From: Camelus dromedarius
Lineage: Eukaryota
Assembly: GCF_036321535.1 (NCBI RefSeq)
Contig: NC_087436.1
Location: 43,092,001-43,156,000 of the forward strand
Length of the DNA: 64,000 nt
Direction of reading: 5' to 3'
Shown here: positions 38,527 through 51,425 of the stretch, piece by piece
How the letters are laid out: the number at the start of each line of letters is the position of its first letter
Numbering within the stretch: the stretch's first letter is position 1
Program-made: the position numbers and the translations under genes
The notes under the pieces: generated by a model
What the model was told of the DNA's origin: nothing
What the model saw: only the letters and a program-made list of their open reading frames with translations
The model's database searches: none

Positions 38527-38850
38527 CAGTGGTCCTCAAACTTTGTTTTTAAGACCACCTTTACACTCCTAAAAATTACTAACGAGCCTGAAGAACTTTT
38601 TGTTACGCTTAACATATATAAATAAGTATCTCTATTACAAATTAAAGCTGTGAAAATGCTAGAACCCAGTATATATAAGAGCACATTCCAGAGTGTCAGG
38701 TGATGATGTTATCATATATAATGGAGTCTCTAGAACATTCTTGTGTAGCTTGTGAGGATATGGGAGCTAAAATGCAAATAATGTCTTTACTACTAAAGAA
38801 AGAGTTTGACCTGCAGGCATCTCCAGACCAATCTTTGAGAATCCCTGGGA
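38527..38850. mobile_element. hAT-Charlie-type DNA transposon remnant
   Basis: cagtggtcctcaaacttt terminus followed by cctttacactcctaaaaatta. Confidence 0.5.
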
Positions 38851-39112
38851 TAATGGTTTGGTCTTCAGTAGTTAGCAGAGAAATCTATATTATTCCATAA
38901 GACAGGTAACAATTTACAGGCAAATTTTACTGTCCTCTGAAATCAGTCCACAAGATGAGAAAACTGTCTCAGAGAGGTTAAGGAAAATTGTGACCCTTTA
39001 ATTACCAAGAACAACTGTGTAACCCTTCTAAGAACAGAGCTTAACCATGTGGTCTTATTACTGTTTACAGCAATGACAGAGCCATGAACAAGTGACAATG
39101 CCATACAATTAC

Positions 39113-39145
39113 CTCTTCCTCCTGTTCTTGATCTGACTCTGATTC
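39113..39145 (-). CDS. ANK2: 33-nt microexon (ESESDQEQEEE)
   Basis: ggcaag|GAA TCA GAG TCA GAT CAA GAA CAG GAG GAA GAG|gtaatt. Confidence 0.93.
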
Positions 39146-41098
39146 CTTGCCGCCCCAAGATGCCATGCAAGGTGGAAAACAGAGAGCAGGAAGAGTAGAG
39201 AGTATTTAGAAGAAAAGATTAAATACCCTGACAAAAAACATCAACAGGCAAGCATACACTCAGCGTACTCATAATTTTTCTAACAGTTTACAGAAGACAG
39301 GCACAAAAATTAAAGAGGATTGATTTAAATACAAACGTCTGTCGATTCAAGAGACAAAAGAACCAAGATGATAAATATACTCATTTATAGGCAAAAGAAC
39401 TAAAATGATAAAAATACTAATTTCAGATGCTAGGTTATCAGCAGCCTCAGAGTTTGACATTTAACGAATTTGATGGCATATGTCTACCGAAGTGGTGATG
39501 GCAATGAATCAGTCATTACAGATATTGACTAAGACTGTTAAAAGCCACAAATAAACATATGGTGAATGTACTTTCAATACACAGGCAACATTTAGGAGTT
39601 TTATTATGATAAAGAGCTACTAAGTTCTAAAGCATATCTGAAGTATACAATGTTTGGCAGTTTTTTATGTTTTGAGTTACTCAGTGGAAAGTTGTCCTGG
39701 ACCATCACAGCTACAATAACTGTGTTTGACAGAGCTTGACTGAGAAATAAAAAGTAGTAATGAAGTAAATGTTTTCTTTTATAGCACAGTGAAAGCTCAC
39801 TGAAATCAGAAACAAAGCTCCTTCATCTTTATATATCACGCAGGTGGATCGCCCCAGCAGTACATATTTCTTTGTGCTGCTTATTTGGCATTCTGCTTCA
39901 GTGACTCAAAGTGATCAGCACCACAAACCCCAGAGTACATTCTGCATCACTGGAGTGTGATTAGATTTATGCTCATTTGGGTGGACATGCCCACTGCTGT
40001 GCTCTGGGTCTCAGAATAACGTGTACATTCACGTATACCAATACTGGGATTTCATTTCATTTTCATCATTTAGTAAGAATTTATAATGTTAAACATGATG
40101 CTACATACTTTTCTCTCTGTGACTGATTTCCAATTTATAAGAATAATTAAGAAAAAACATACTGTGGTGAATAAAAAGAAGTAGAGGAAACCCTTTGCTT
40201 TGTGGAGTCAAGAGGAGGATTTTAAATATAGTTCTTCTCCTGCACGTCTCCTCTACCACTGTTCACTCCACTCCCCATCCTCTAACACACACACTGACAG
40301 CTTGCTATAACCTCCTGTAAACTGCCATGTGGGAGATTTCCATTCAAAACGGATACTGGTTAAAAACTTTTTTAATAAAAGAAAAGTTATCCCTAACATT
40401 TAATTCATTCCCTTGTGTTCTTTGATTTGATCAGAGTGATCAAGGAATTCTACAGTGGGGAGAGGTCTGGATAGAAAGTAATACCTGTTGGTAGATTTGG
40501 GTCAGAAATTAGTGAATTTTTCCTTTCAACAATATTTCAAATTTACTCCAGTAACATGGGAGTCTTTTGTATACTAATCATGCCAAAATGGTTGAAAAAT
40601 TAATTTGATATTCCTAAAATAATGTAGGTTACAAAATGAACAGACAATTATTTCAGCAACAAGGTAAAATATCATAATGTTGCTCTAGATTTGATAATAT
40701 ATAATCTCCCTGTGAACTGGTAATAAACAGAAGCTAGTGCACTCATAATGTTTTGGTAGGGCCAAATGTACTTGTATGATGCAGAAGGGATGTAAGAACA
40801 TAATAAGTCAAAGACAATTATTTTATTTTTAGAAATTAGTTCAAAAAGTTAAATCTTAAATTCAAATTTTATCTCTTCCATCTCCAATATATATTTATAG
40901 AATTTTTTCCATCAAAGTGAATTTAATGTGAAATAAGGTAGAGCTACATTTTTCTGTACTTAAATGGAAACTGGACAGGGAATCAAAAATGACTGTTGCA
41001 TGTGGTTGCATTCAGTCAGTATCTTCGCACTTGTTTATTCTACAGGATTTGAGAATCAGTCCTATGCTGCCTGAATTGCTCTATACAGATTACAATAC

Positions 41099-41221
41099 CT
41101 TCGTATAAATTGGCAGCGTGATGTTTAAGTTGCAAATAGCTTGATGCACCAGGCCTCTGGTAGATTTTGGCTCTTTCATAAATGATAGTCGTCCGCAAGG
41201 TTCCTGAGTTGTATCACGTAC
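41099..41221 (-). CDS. ANK2: UPA exon, 123 nt ([41 protein letters not shown])
   Basis: ttcaag|GTA CGT GAT...ACG AAG|gtattg. Confidence 0.96.
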
Positions 41222-41409
41222 CTTGAAAAAGAAAGGCATACATGCTTCACCCATATATGACACATACCATTTATTTTAATGAGATGGTACTCAAAAAAAG
41301 CTAGGGAAAAAAATAAAATTCATTTGGTAATGCTAATAAGGTTTTGGAGGTGTTCTCTTTTTCTTTTTCTGTTATCATTTAGAATGATTTAAAATCATTC
41401 AGCTTTCAA

Positions 41410-42515
41410 AAACTCTGTGGTAAAATATACATAACATAAAACTTACCATTTCCATTTATACACATATCATTTCTAAGTATACAATTCAATGGCATGAAAC
41501 ACATTTACAAAGCTGTGCAATCATCACCATCATGAAGAATTTTTCATCATCTCAAACAGAAACTCTGTACCCATTAAGAAATAACTCCCTATTTTTTTCC
41601 CCAGCACCTAGTAACCTCTATTCAACTTTCTGTTGCCATAAATTTGCCTGGTACCTGGTATGGATAGAGTTATACTATAATTGTCCTTTTGTGTCTGGGT
41701 TGTTTCAGGTAGCATGATATTTTTAAGCTTTATTCCTGTTGCAACATATATCAGAATTTCATTCTTTTTTAAAATTGTGTTGAAATATACATAAAATACC
41801 ATTTTAACCATTTCTACAGGCATAGTTTAATAGCATTAAGTACATTCACACTGATGTACAATCATGACCTCCATTCAGTTTCAGAAAGTTTTCGCCTTCA
41901 CAAACTGAAACTGTTTCCATTAAACAGTAACTTCCCATTCCTTCCTTCCCCATCGCCTGGGAACCACCATTCTATTTTCAGATTCTGTATCTGACTACTC
42001 TAGGTACCTCATACAAATGGGAACACACAACATTTGCCCTTTTACGTCTGACTAATTTTACTCATTTTAAGGCTGAATACTATTCCATTGCATGCATATA
42101 CTGCATTTTTTTTTATCCATTCATCTGTCAATGGATATTTGGGCTGTTTCTACATTTTGACTATTGAGAGTAACGCTGCTATGAACATTGCAAATAAGTG
42201 TTTGAGTCCCTGCTTTCAATTCTTTGGGAATTGCTGGAGCATATGCTAATTTTATGGTTAACTGTTTGAGGAATTACCATACTGTTTTCCACGGCTGCAC
42301 CATTTTACATTCCCACCAGCAATGCATGGGGTCCCAGATTCTCCACATTTTCACCAACATTTGTTACTTTCTGTTTCTTTGTTTTTGATAACAGCCAACC
42401 TAATGGGTATGGAGTGGTATCTTATTGTGATTTGAATTTGAATTTCCCTAAGCAGTTGAGCATCTTTTCATGTGCTTATTGGCCATTTGTGCATCTTCTT
42501 TGGAGAAATGTTTGT
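41410..42515 (-). mobile_element. L1MB-type 3' fragment with a second L1 3' end nested at ~41765-42060
   Basis: Two antisense L1 3' termini (tgtggtaaaatatacataac; tgtgttgaaatatacataaa); the outer element resumes at ttttaaggctgaatactattcc. Confidence 0.8.
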
Positions 42516-42991
42516 CATTTTCCTATTTTTGTATTATGTTGTTTACAGAATGACTTTTGCATGTCAACAGTATCAAATATTAGCACAATTGTATAGTTAT
42601 TTGTGGTAAACAGATCTATTACCCCTCAGCTCTTACTGTTCAATGTGGTGATCTGTAAAAGCCTATCTTTAATCTGGCAAAACAACTGAACCAGAATTGG
42701 CACAATGAAAGCCTTCAGTGGAGATCTTGAGAAAACTTAACAGACTCATTAAAAATTAAATAGAATTATCACTTCCTTTTAATTTCATGAATCTCTCACT
42801 CATATTCATTTTTGTCCCTCTTTAGAACTGGAATCTAAAATGAAACTTGTATATGTTACAGCCAAATTTCTAACTTGGATTAATATTTCCAAACAGGGAC
42901 AACAAATTCATGTTACACTGAAGTGTCTCTTCAGATGTTTGCTGAATGAGTTATGAAGGTATATCCAGTCTATAGCTCTATCTGGGATAAT

Positions 42992-43217
42992 CTCTTTTTT
43001 TTTAATTCTTATTTTTTATTAAAGTGTAGTCGATTTACAATGTTAGTTTCATGTGTACAGCAAAGTGATTCAGATATACATATACATACATTTTTTTTCA
43101 GATTCTTTTCCATTACAGCTCATTACAAGAAACTGAATATAGTTCCCTGTGCTATACAGTAGGTCCTGATTGCTTATCTATTTTATATATAGTAATGTGT
43201 ATCTGTTAATCCTAAAC
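42992..43217 (-). mobile_element. 5'-truncated LINE-1 3' UTR insertion with target-site duplication
   Basis: Begins with a T-run; flanked by TCTGGGATAAT at 42981-42991 and 43218-43228. Confidence 0.85.
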
Positions 43218-43524
43218 TCTGGGATAATATTGTAGTAGATTAAGTGAGATCCTGGGTCCTTTGAGAGCTTTTATTATGAAAATTTGTCACTAAGAACTCT
43301 TTTGGCCTCCATACTTGTGATATCACATATTTTAAAAATATAAGTACAAATATTTAAAATAAATAATATTAAAAAAAGAAAGAAAGAAAGAAAAAGAAAG
43401 ACTTCCCTTAACATTTGGCAATGAATAACCAGTTTTTCTACTTAATAAATTGGCAATTTGTCCCTCATTCTCTGCCTTAAACATCGTATATAGCTAAAAA
43501 TTAAGGTTGAAATTGTCATTTTAA

Positions 43525-44467
43525 AAATACAAACAATCCAACCCCAAAATGGGCAGAAGACCTAAATAACCAATTCTTCAATGAAGTCATAAAAATGGCC
43601 AATAGGCACATGAAAAAATGCTCAATATTGCTAATTATCAGAGAAATGCAAATCAAAACTATCTTGAGGAATCACCTAATATGAGTCAGAATGTCCATCA
43701 TTCAAAAGTCCATGAACGATAAATGCTGGAGAGGGTGTGGAGAAAAGGGAACCCTCCTACACTGTTGGTAGGAATGTAATTTGATGCAGCCATTATGGAA
43801 CACAGTATGGAGATTCCTCAAAAGACTAAAAAGACTTACCATATGATCCAGCAGTCCTACTCCTGGGCATATATCCAGAAGGAACCTTAATTCAAAAAGA
43901 TACATGCACCCCAGTGTTCACAGCAGCACTATTTACAAAAGCCAAGACTTGGAAACAACCTAAATGTCCACTGACAGATGACTGGGTAAAGAAGCTGTAC
44001 TATATTTATACAATGGAATACTACTCAGCCACAAAAAAGAATAAACCAATGCCATTTGCAGCAATGTGGATGGACCTGTAGATAGTCATTCTAAGTGAAG
44101 TAATTCAGAAGGAGAAAGAAAAATCTCATATGATATCACTTTTATGTAGAATCTAAAAAAAAAGAAAATGACACAAATGAACTTACTTAAAAAACAGTAA
44201 CAGACTCACAGACATAGAAAACAAACTTATGGTTACCAGTGGGGGAAAAGGGTGGGAAGGGATAAATTGGGAGTTTGAGATTTGCAGATACTAACTACTA
44301 AATATAAAATAAACAACAAGTTTATACTGTATAGCACAGGGAATAATATTCAACATCTTTTAGTAACCTACAATGAAAAAGAATATGAAAACAAGTATAT
44401 ATATGTCTATGTATGACTGAACTATTATGCTGTAAACCAGAAATTGACACAACTTCAATAAAAAAAT
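43525..44467 (+). mobile_element. LINE-1 3' fragment (end of ORF2 plus 3' UTR)
   Basis: aaaatgggcagaagacctaaa, gagaaatgcaaatcaaaac and gatacatgcacccc motifs; A-tail; ORF disrupted. Confidence 0.92.
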
Positions 44468-44620
44468 ATGGTTGGTTTTCTAAGATTTCAAAATTTTATA
44501 GAACTGGCTTTAAAAACCATTGGAAATGACTGAAAAGCAAATATTCTATTCTCCTAAAGGAAGTCAAAGCTTTTTTTGGTCTTGAATTAAATGCTTTACA
44601 AAATTCCATATGTATATTAC

Positions 44621-44746
44621 CTTGACAAAGAGAGGAAGTCTGTTTTCTTTGAAGGCAAAAAAACTGAATATATGATGTTGACCACTCTTGGTTAATGGCA
44701 CCAGGTTGCCAAAACAATCAACGTAGATGGGTTTTCCTTCTAATAC
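44621..44746 (-). CDS. ANK2: UPA exon, 126 nt ([42 protein letters not shown])
   Basis: caccag|GTA TTA GAA...GTC AAG|gtaata. Confidence 0.96.
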
Positions 44747-45564
44747 CTGGTGAGAATAGAGAAAAACAACACAGAATATAATAGCTTCAATTATTACTTG
44801 TTATTTACATAAAGAAGTGGTGGTATTACCCAGAACATTAAAATTCTTATAAAGTGCATACAATAATCATTAAACTGCTGAGAAACATTTTGTGTTATCT
44901 GTGATAAAGCATGTCTCTTCTTTCTAGTAATGGGAATCTTCAATGCATGGTGGTATTTAATATTAATGTTCTCATTTCCACTCATTTATAACACTATGAC
45001 ATATTACCTCCCCAAACCAATAAATCTTTAAGTCCCAAATTTAGATTTCTTTCTGATTATCACAATGAGTCAGGTTACTTGACCTCAATATCCAAAGGTC
45101 CACACTGATGGAAAAATCTGAAATAAGAAAAAGTAATGTAGAAAGCCCGTATTTCACATTTACACAAAGGATATACTTCTTGAACTGTTTTCTCTACTGT
45201 TAAAGAATAATAGTAAAAAATCAAATAAATATTCACTTCAAAAAAAAAAGAACAAGGAAAGATAAAAATCACATGTAAATCATTATATTCATTTTTATAC
45301 ACTGAATTTATCAATAACTCATAATTTTCCCCATAATAATCTTTAAAGAGTCCTTTTACCTCCTCACATACACTGAGACTAACCCTATAGAATAGGTTGA
45401 AACCAGCTAAAAATGGCTGATTCTAGACCTCAACCTTCTAACTGATCAAGATGTCAACTGGGTTTTTTTTTCTGGCTCTATTTATTAGATATTATTTTAA
45501 GTATAATATATTAATAAAGGTATAAAGAATATATTAACATAAATTGTTTTTTCAAATACAGTAC

Positions 45565-45793
45565 CTCCACATCCCTGCTTCTGGCCACCTCAGCAAAGTT
45601 TTCTTGTTGTTCAAGGGTCTTATCCACTTTATCATCGGTCATGCAGAAACACCTCAACCTGGCTTCGATGGGGTCATGTGATTTGGCAAACACTACAAAT
45701 TTGGCCATATATGGAACACAGATAATTTCTCTGTACACTTGTGATGCAAAGGTAACGGATTCCTGGATTTGTCGACAATCTATCAGCCAGAAC
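45565..45793 (-). CDS. ANK2: UPA exon, 229 nt (FWLIDCRQ...[22 protein letters not shown]...DVE)
   Basis: ttatag|G TTC TGG...GTG GAG|gtactg. Confidence 0.97.
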
Positions 45794-45833
45794 CTATAAA
45801 ATGAAATAAGGTCAGTTATCTGAAATTTAAAGT

Positions 45834-45965
45834 ACAGTCAGCCCTCCTGGAGTCCCACAGATATCAAAACCCATGGATGTTCAAATCCCTTATAGAAAAT
45901 GATGGAGTACAGTCTGCCCTCCGTATCCACAGGTTTCACATCCGCCAATAAGGAAGGCCAACTGT
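45834..45965. mobile_element. Short MER2-like MITE
   Basis: ta-cagtcagccctcc...ggaaggccaactg imperfect terminal inverted repeats. Confidence 0.55.
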
Positions 45966-46889
45966 GTGAAAAACAAGTCAGCTCCTTCAGTATGGTCAAA
46001 GTAACCATTAAATGCGTCATGGAAGAAGAAGGAAGCAAGAGAGGGAGATTATGGGAGAAGGTAAGAGGGCAGGGCAGAACAGGGAAGGGAGGACAGGTAG
46101 GGGACAGAGGGGAAGGAGGAAGAGGGTAAGGGGAAGAGAGAAGCACATACCAGGGTTTAAGACAAACTCTTAAATGCTGTATTGGTCATTTCCTTCCTTG
46201 GAAGCCCTTCTGAGCATTCAACCTTCTAAAATGTCTTCAGTGTTTTAGGACCTTTCAGTGGTGCAAGCCCAGTGATGGATATTATGACAAGTATCTCACT
46301 GGATGAGTTTGTTTTCCTTGACTGACTCTCCTGTTCTTCATTTCATTTCCTGAATCTTTCAACAAAATCTACCTAGCTTTCCCTCATCTCATTGTTCTTT
46401 TCCAAAGAACTCTCTAGTCACCAAGGTTGGATTAACCCAACCAGGTTAAAAAAAAAAGAAAACCTGCTTTTGTTTCAGAACTTCTAAATATCACTGAACA
46501 ACTCAGAGAAGAAATGATTGGCTTTGTGACTAATTTATGATTTCTGGCATCAGTTAAATCTGTGGCACTGCTTGGCAACTTCTTTCTCAGCTCTCACTTT
46601 ATTCAGTACAGTGACATTGCTAAACCTGTATGACACACCTGGAGCTTCCCCCTCACCTCAGGCCCTAAGAAAGGTAACTGCTGAGAAAGTAGAGACCATC
46701 AGATGGGCATTTGTCACTTTGCTATGTATACACTTCAAAGATTTATTACACATCCTCTTGCTTTGAAACCTTTCTCCATCAGTGATCATTCTCCTTCCCC
46801 TGACTCACTGCCCATAATCTTTCAACATTCTGAGATTTCCCTATCTTCTTAGCCTTTCTTTGCTTCAAGTTCCAGATCCATCCCTCTTC

Positions 46890-47210
46890 TTTTTTAATTG
46901 TGGTAAAACACACATCATATAACGTTTACCGTTTTAACCACTCTTTAAGTGTACAATTCACTGGCATGGAGTACATTTACAACACTATGCAATCATGACC
47001 ACTCTCAGTTTCCAGAACTTTTTCATCATCCCAAACAGAAACAATAACTTCCAATTTTCTCCTTCACCTTAGCCCCTGGGAACCTCTACTACACTTTCTG
47101 TCTCTACGCATTTGCCTATTCTAGGCACCTCATTCACATGGAATCATGCAACACTTGTTCTTTTGTGTCTGTCCTATTTCATTTACTATAATGTTTTCAA
47201 GATTCAGCAT
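46890..47210 (-). mobile_element. L1MB-type 3' end fragment
   Basis: ttttaattgtggtaaaac...agcccctgggaacctctactacactttctgtctct. Confidence 0.8.
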
Positions 47211-48454
47211 AGTTCCTGGTCCTTGGCAAGCAGTTAATATTACCTTCCTCTTTATACTGATTCAATTATACTTTATTCACTTCTTCTTCAATTGTCAGGG
47301 AATTAAATTATCAATTCAATAAGTTTATAACTCCTGACTTGTTGGTCTACCCTACAAGACCTTCTGTAAATAATGTTAAGGAACATTTCAGCATTGTTTC
47401 TGAATTACAGACTCCATTGTCACCATCTCCCAATACCCTGCTGCATCTTGGCATCTCTTTTCCACTTATATCCACCTGTTAGGTTCCTACCCATCTCATG
47501 AGGCACCTTTTCTCAGACATCCTCTCTGACTCCCCTGATGCAAACACCCTCTTTTGAATTCTTTTAGTACCTCCTGTGGACCTTTCCATTCAGAACCTGT
47601 CCTTTTCTGGCACGGGAGTGTAGATGCATGAGTGGCAGGGCGCATTGACGCACAGAACTGGAGACTCAATAGTTGAGTCCCCTGAGTGACTGGAACTAAT
47701 GTGTTCACTGTTGTGAGTCATGCATCTATCTTTCTTCCCCCTGAATAAGAATTTAATCTTTAACCACTCTCAGCGGCAGTTTTCTCATCTGTAAAATGGA
47801 CATAATGTCTCTTGCCCTACTTAAGTCACAAAGTTGTTGCAGTAATCAAACTAAAGAAATAGGAAAATGTTTAACAATCCATTAAAGATTAGGCAAATGA
47901 GAACAATTATTAATCAGTTGAGTTAGTGTATGCATATGCAATACAACTAGGTAGCTTCAGCTTTTTAAAGATGTGTGATACACAAATGGGTGATGTGTAA
48001 ATGTGCTATGATGCATGTCACTGCAACCTCTAAACTGTTTAAGCAAACCATGGTATGCTTTGTGTTTTTATTACCATTCTGTTGGAAAAAGTAGGTCAGG
48101 CTGTTTTGTTGACATCAGGAAATCTATTATTCCTAAGACTTTTGGGAATGGAAAAATCAGCAATGGCTACTAAAACCAGAGTCTGGGTCATACCGTAGTA
48201 GCCAACAATCACTTATTTTCTTTAGATTTTAATCTGACTGGCTGTACTTTGTCATTGTGTTATCACTATTATATTTACTGGCAGGTCTAGTTTAAAATAT
48301 GTATTATCACTATTACATTTACTGGCAGACCATATTTAAAACCAAACCAAAAAAAAAAAAGTCACTTTTAAAGAACGTATGAAACAAAACAAAACAAAAG
48401 ACATTGAGGGGCACACAATATCACAGTGGGGTTTTCTGTGCTGTATAACCATAC

Positions 48455-48551
48455 CTGGCAGACACATTGGTTGTAAAGGAAACACATTCATTGACAAATG
48501 TTAATGGCGTAGTTCCTGTAATATCCTCCCACTGAGCAGGGGTGGTTCCAC
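48455..48551 (-). CDS. ANK2: 97-nt exon ([33 protein letters not shown])
   Basis: tttcag|GT GGA ACC...GCC AG|gtatgg; conserved ankyrin [10 protein letters not shown] motif; absent from the ORF track. Confidence 0.97.
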
Positions 48552-50329
48552 CTGAAATAATATGATTGTTGAAAAAAATTAGGCAAAACTCCAGACTCTG
48601 GATTGTAAAATAAAGTCTTTGTGGTTCTGGCTGTGTTCACCAACATAAACCTACCCACCCCTCAAGATGACACACTGGAAATAAAATGACTAAAAACTAC
48701 ATGCTAAAAAATGACACACTGAAAACAAATAGCAGACATAACATTTCAAGGAACTAAATTTAAGGGAGGTCATTTGAATAACTGCTTTAAATTACTAGGT
48801 TCTCTATTCTCTGCCTAACATTCTAAAGCTTTTATTGTAACTGCTAGGCTCTGAAGATAATTTTGAATTGTGAACAGTTGACAATTTAAAAAAATCCTTT
48901 GACCAACCAAGGAGCTGAATGCTTTGTTAAAATAAAAATCCAAATATTCTTTTGTTTCTGAGCTTCATATTTTATCTAATTATTTTCAAGAAATAAAATT
49001 TCCTCTCAATTTGCAACTGAAGTTTGGCAAAAAAAAATGCTTGGAAAATATTAGGAGTTTAATAAATACTGCAAAATGAATGAACAAATGATTGAATGCC
49101 AAGAGATGGCTTCTTACACAGAAAACTCACTATGGAGGATGACACTGACTTTCATTTGCTGAGAAATTAAGTTGGCATAGATTAGGATACAACTGTCTTC
49201 AAGCACTGCAGAAAACTACATGTTTGAGATGAAAACAAATTTTGACTCTAACATTTCTTAAAGAAGGGAATGAGTTATCAAACGAAGGTCATAGAAACTT
49301 ATTCTAGGAGGCCACTAAAATATAAATTCTAAGCAGAACTATACAACATGACAGAGGAAACCAGAAAAATCCAAACACCTATGTTAACATATTTGTAAAA
49401 ATTAATAAACTTAAGAAATTCTATAGTATGAATCCACCCAAAGACAGAGGGCTAGAATAACTAGATTAGATGATGTCTAGACCCATCTGGTATCTTCATT
49501 TGATCATCTGCAAGGGCAGGGCTTGACCTAGACATTTTTCAACCTTACCTGTTTTGCATCCAGGTCACTATGTTGCACGTTACAGAAAGGTCAATCATAT
49601 ACACAGGGACCGAAAAGTATGGGAAAGATACCCAGGAATGCTGGGTCACAACCAGAAATGAGTAATTGGGAAAGAGACTGTAAGTGAAGCATATGATTTC
49701 CCACCATTTTCATTTTAGTTCATGAATTTTAAAATCATGTCATATTATTAAACATATAGGGTAAAGTTTCAATGGTTTGCCATCATGAGTACAGAAAAAA
49801 AAAAGGGAGAATTAGAGAAAGGATAAAATAAGGGTGAACATTCTTGCTAATATGAAGGAGAAAGAAAAAAAAATTCTAACAACACCTAAGCAAGCAGAGA
49901 TAGTTATCATTCCTCCTGACAACACTATCAGTATTTACTGAATGTCATTACCATGTGGCTATTGTTAAACAGGGAAATTATCAAATTATGTAGTTCCTAA
50001 CACAGTGACTTGTGTGGATTTTTTAGCTCTCACCACTTGTGGTGGTATTACTGGGCAGAGATAACCCATGTTCTGGGAATGTCCTTCTGGAGTTTGGTCG
50101 TTGACTGAAAGCTATTACAAATTCCAATTGAAAAGATGAAAATTCAGTTATCATTAAAAACCTTCACTTTGTTTTTCCAAAGTTAGTTCAACAGATCAAT
50201 GACAAAAGGCATAACCAATTCCTAGACGGAAAAGTTTGGTTTGAACTATTGGGTGTACTTAGTCAAGATGTTACTTATTTTTCAACAGATGTAAGATACT
50301 GTCTTCAATGAAGAAAAGGTTGGGTTTTG

Positions 50330-50535
50330 AGGTTTATGGGCTTAGGTTCAAATCCCAACTCTGCCAGATATTTACAGAATAATCACAGGTAAGTTATAGA
50401 ACCTATCTCAACCTTGGTTTCCTTTTCAGTAAAATGGGGCTAAAGTCTCCTCACAGAGCTACTGGGGAAATTAAAATTCTAGTGCATATGAAATGTCTAC
50501 AAGTTTGGCACACAGGCTTCATTTAGTAAATATTA
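50330..50535 (+). mobile_element. MIR SINE remnant
   Basis: ggttcaaatcccaactctgcca...ggtttccttttcagtaaaatgggg core. Confidence 0.65.
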
Positions 50536-50695
50536 GCTAATTTCCTTTTACCTTTTACTTCCCTAGTTAAAATGCTTTTCCTGAATTAATGCACATAACT
50601 CTGCAGGTATCTAATGACAAAGGTAATTCAACATTTACAACAATCTAAGTTCCTTCTTTCAGAACTTTCTATCACAAAAGTCATATGTCCCTCAC

Positions 50696-50900
50696 CTGTT
50701 ATGCTGCATAGTAATCTTAAAGTTGGTGCATCTCCCCCAAAACCATTCAACATGACATCACTTGAAGCTTTGGGGACAGGAATGGTCATGGTAATTGGCT
50801 TGTGAAATTTTCTTCTTCTAGGTTCCAAAGTGACTATAGGGCTGAAGGTAGCTTTGTTGCCTAGGATCTTCTTAACCAACTCGCTGTGCATAGGTTGAGC
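50696..50900 (-). CDS. ANK2: ZU5-C exon, 205 nt ([11 protein letters not shown]...[10 protein letters not shown]...CSIT)
   Basis: taaaag|GCT CAA CCT...ACA G|gtgagg. Confidence 0.97.
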
Positions 50901-51213
50901 CTTTTAAAAGAAAAGAAAAAAATAATAAAATCAACCATAAATCATAATATTCCATGTCAAATTTATTAAAACATTGCTTTTTATCTCATAAATCAGTTTG
51001 GTTGCTTCAAATACAGGAACTCTAAGTTTAGTACTGTTACCAAGCACCCTTACAAAACTTTCTGAGACCTAAGATCTCTAAGGGCAGCTTTTGCTCACCT
51101 AGGAATAATTTGATTCTTTAACCATTTAATTCCCTTTTTGAAAAGCTGATTTTTTAATCACTGGAATAAAATCCACGTGAGCTTAGGTTAACCTGAATAG
51201 GATGTGGGCCTAC

Positions 51214-51425
51214 CTGTAGGCCTACGCGGATCCGCTTGGTTAGCGCCCCCTCCGGGAAGACGGCTTGCACCTGGGGCACCACCGTGCTGCTCAGCACGCC
51301 TCCCTCTGGGCCAATCAGGTTGCTGTCCTGTTTGATGCGGGACACCACCGCAAAGTATTGTGGGAAGTCACGGGTAATGATGCGGCAGATCCGTTTCTTT
51401 TCTAGGTCTTCCGGGCTATCCAGCA
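51214..51425 (-). CDS. ANK2: ZU5 exon, 212 nt ([18 protein letters not shown]...RVGLQ)
   Basis: tctcag|TG CTG GAT...CTA CAG|gtaggc. Confidence 0.97.

Noticed and set aside
40493..40530. Possible small exon ending CAG|gtatta
   Set aside because: Poor acceptor with no pyrimidine tract and no recognisable peptide.
46020..46145. Purine-rich tract giving Pro/Leu-rich and Gly/Arg-rich ORFs
   Set aside because: Low-complexity sequence; the ORFs are compositional artefacts.
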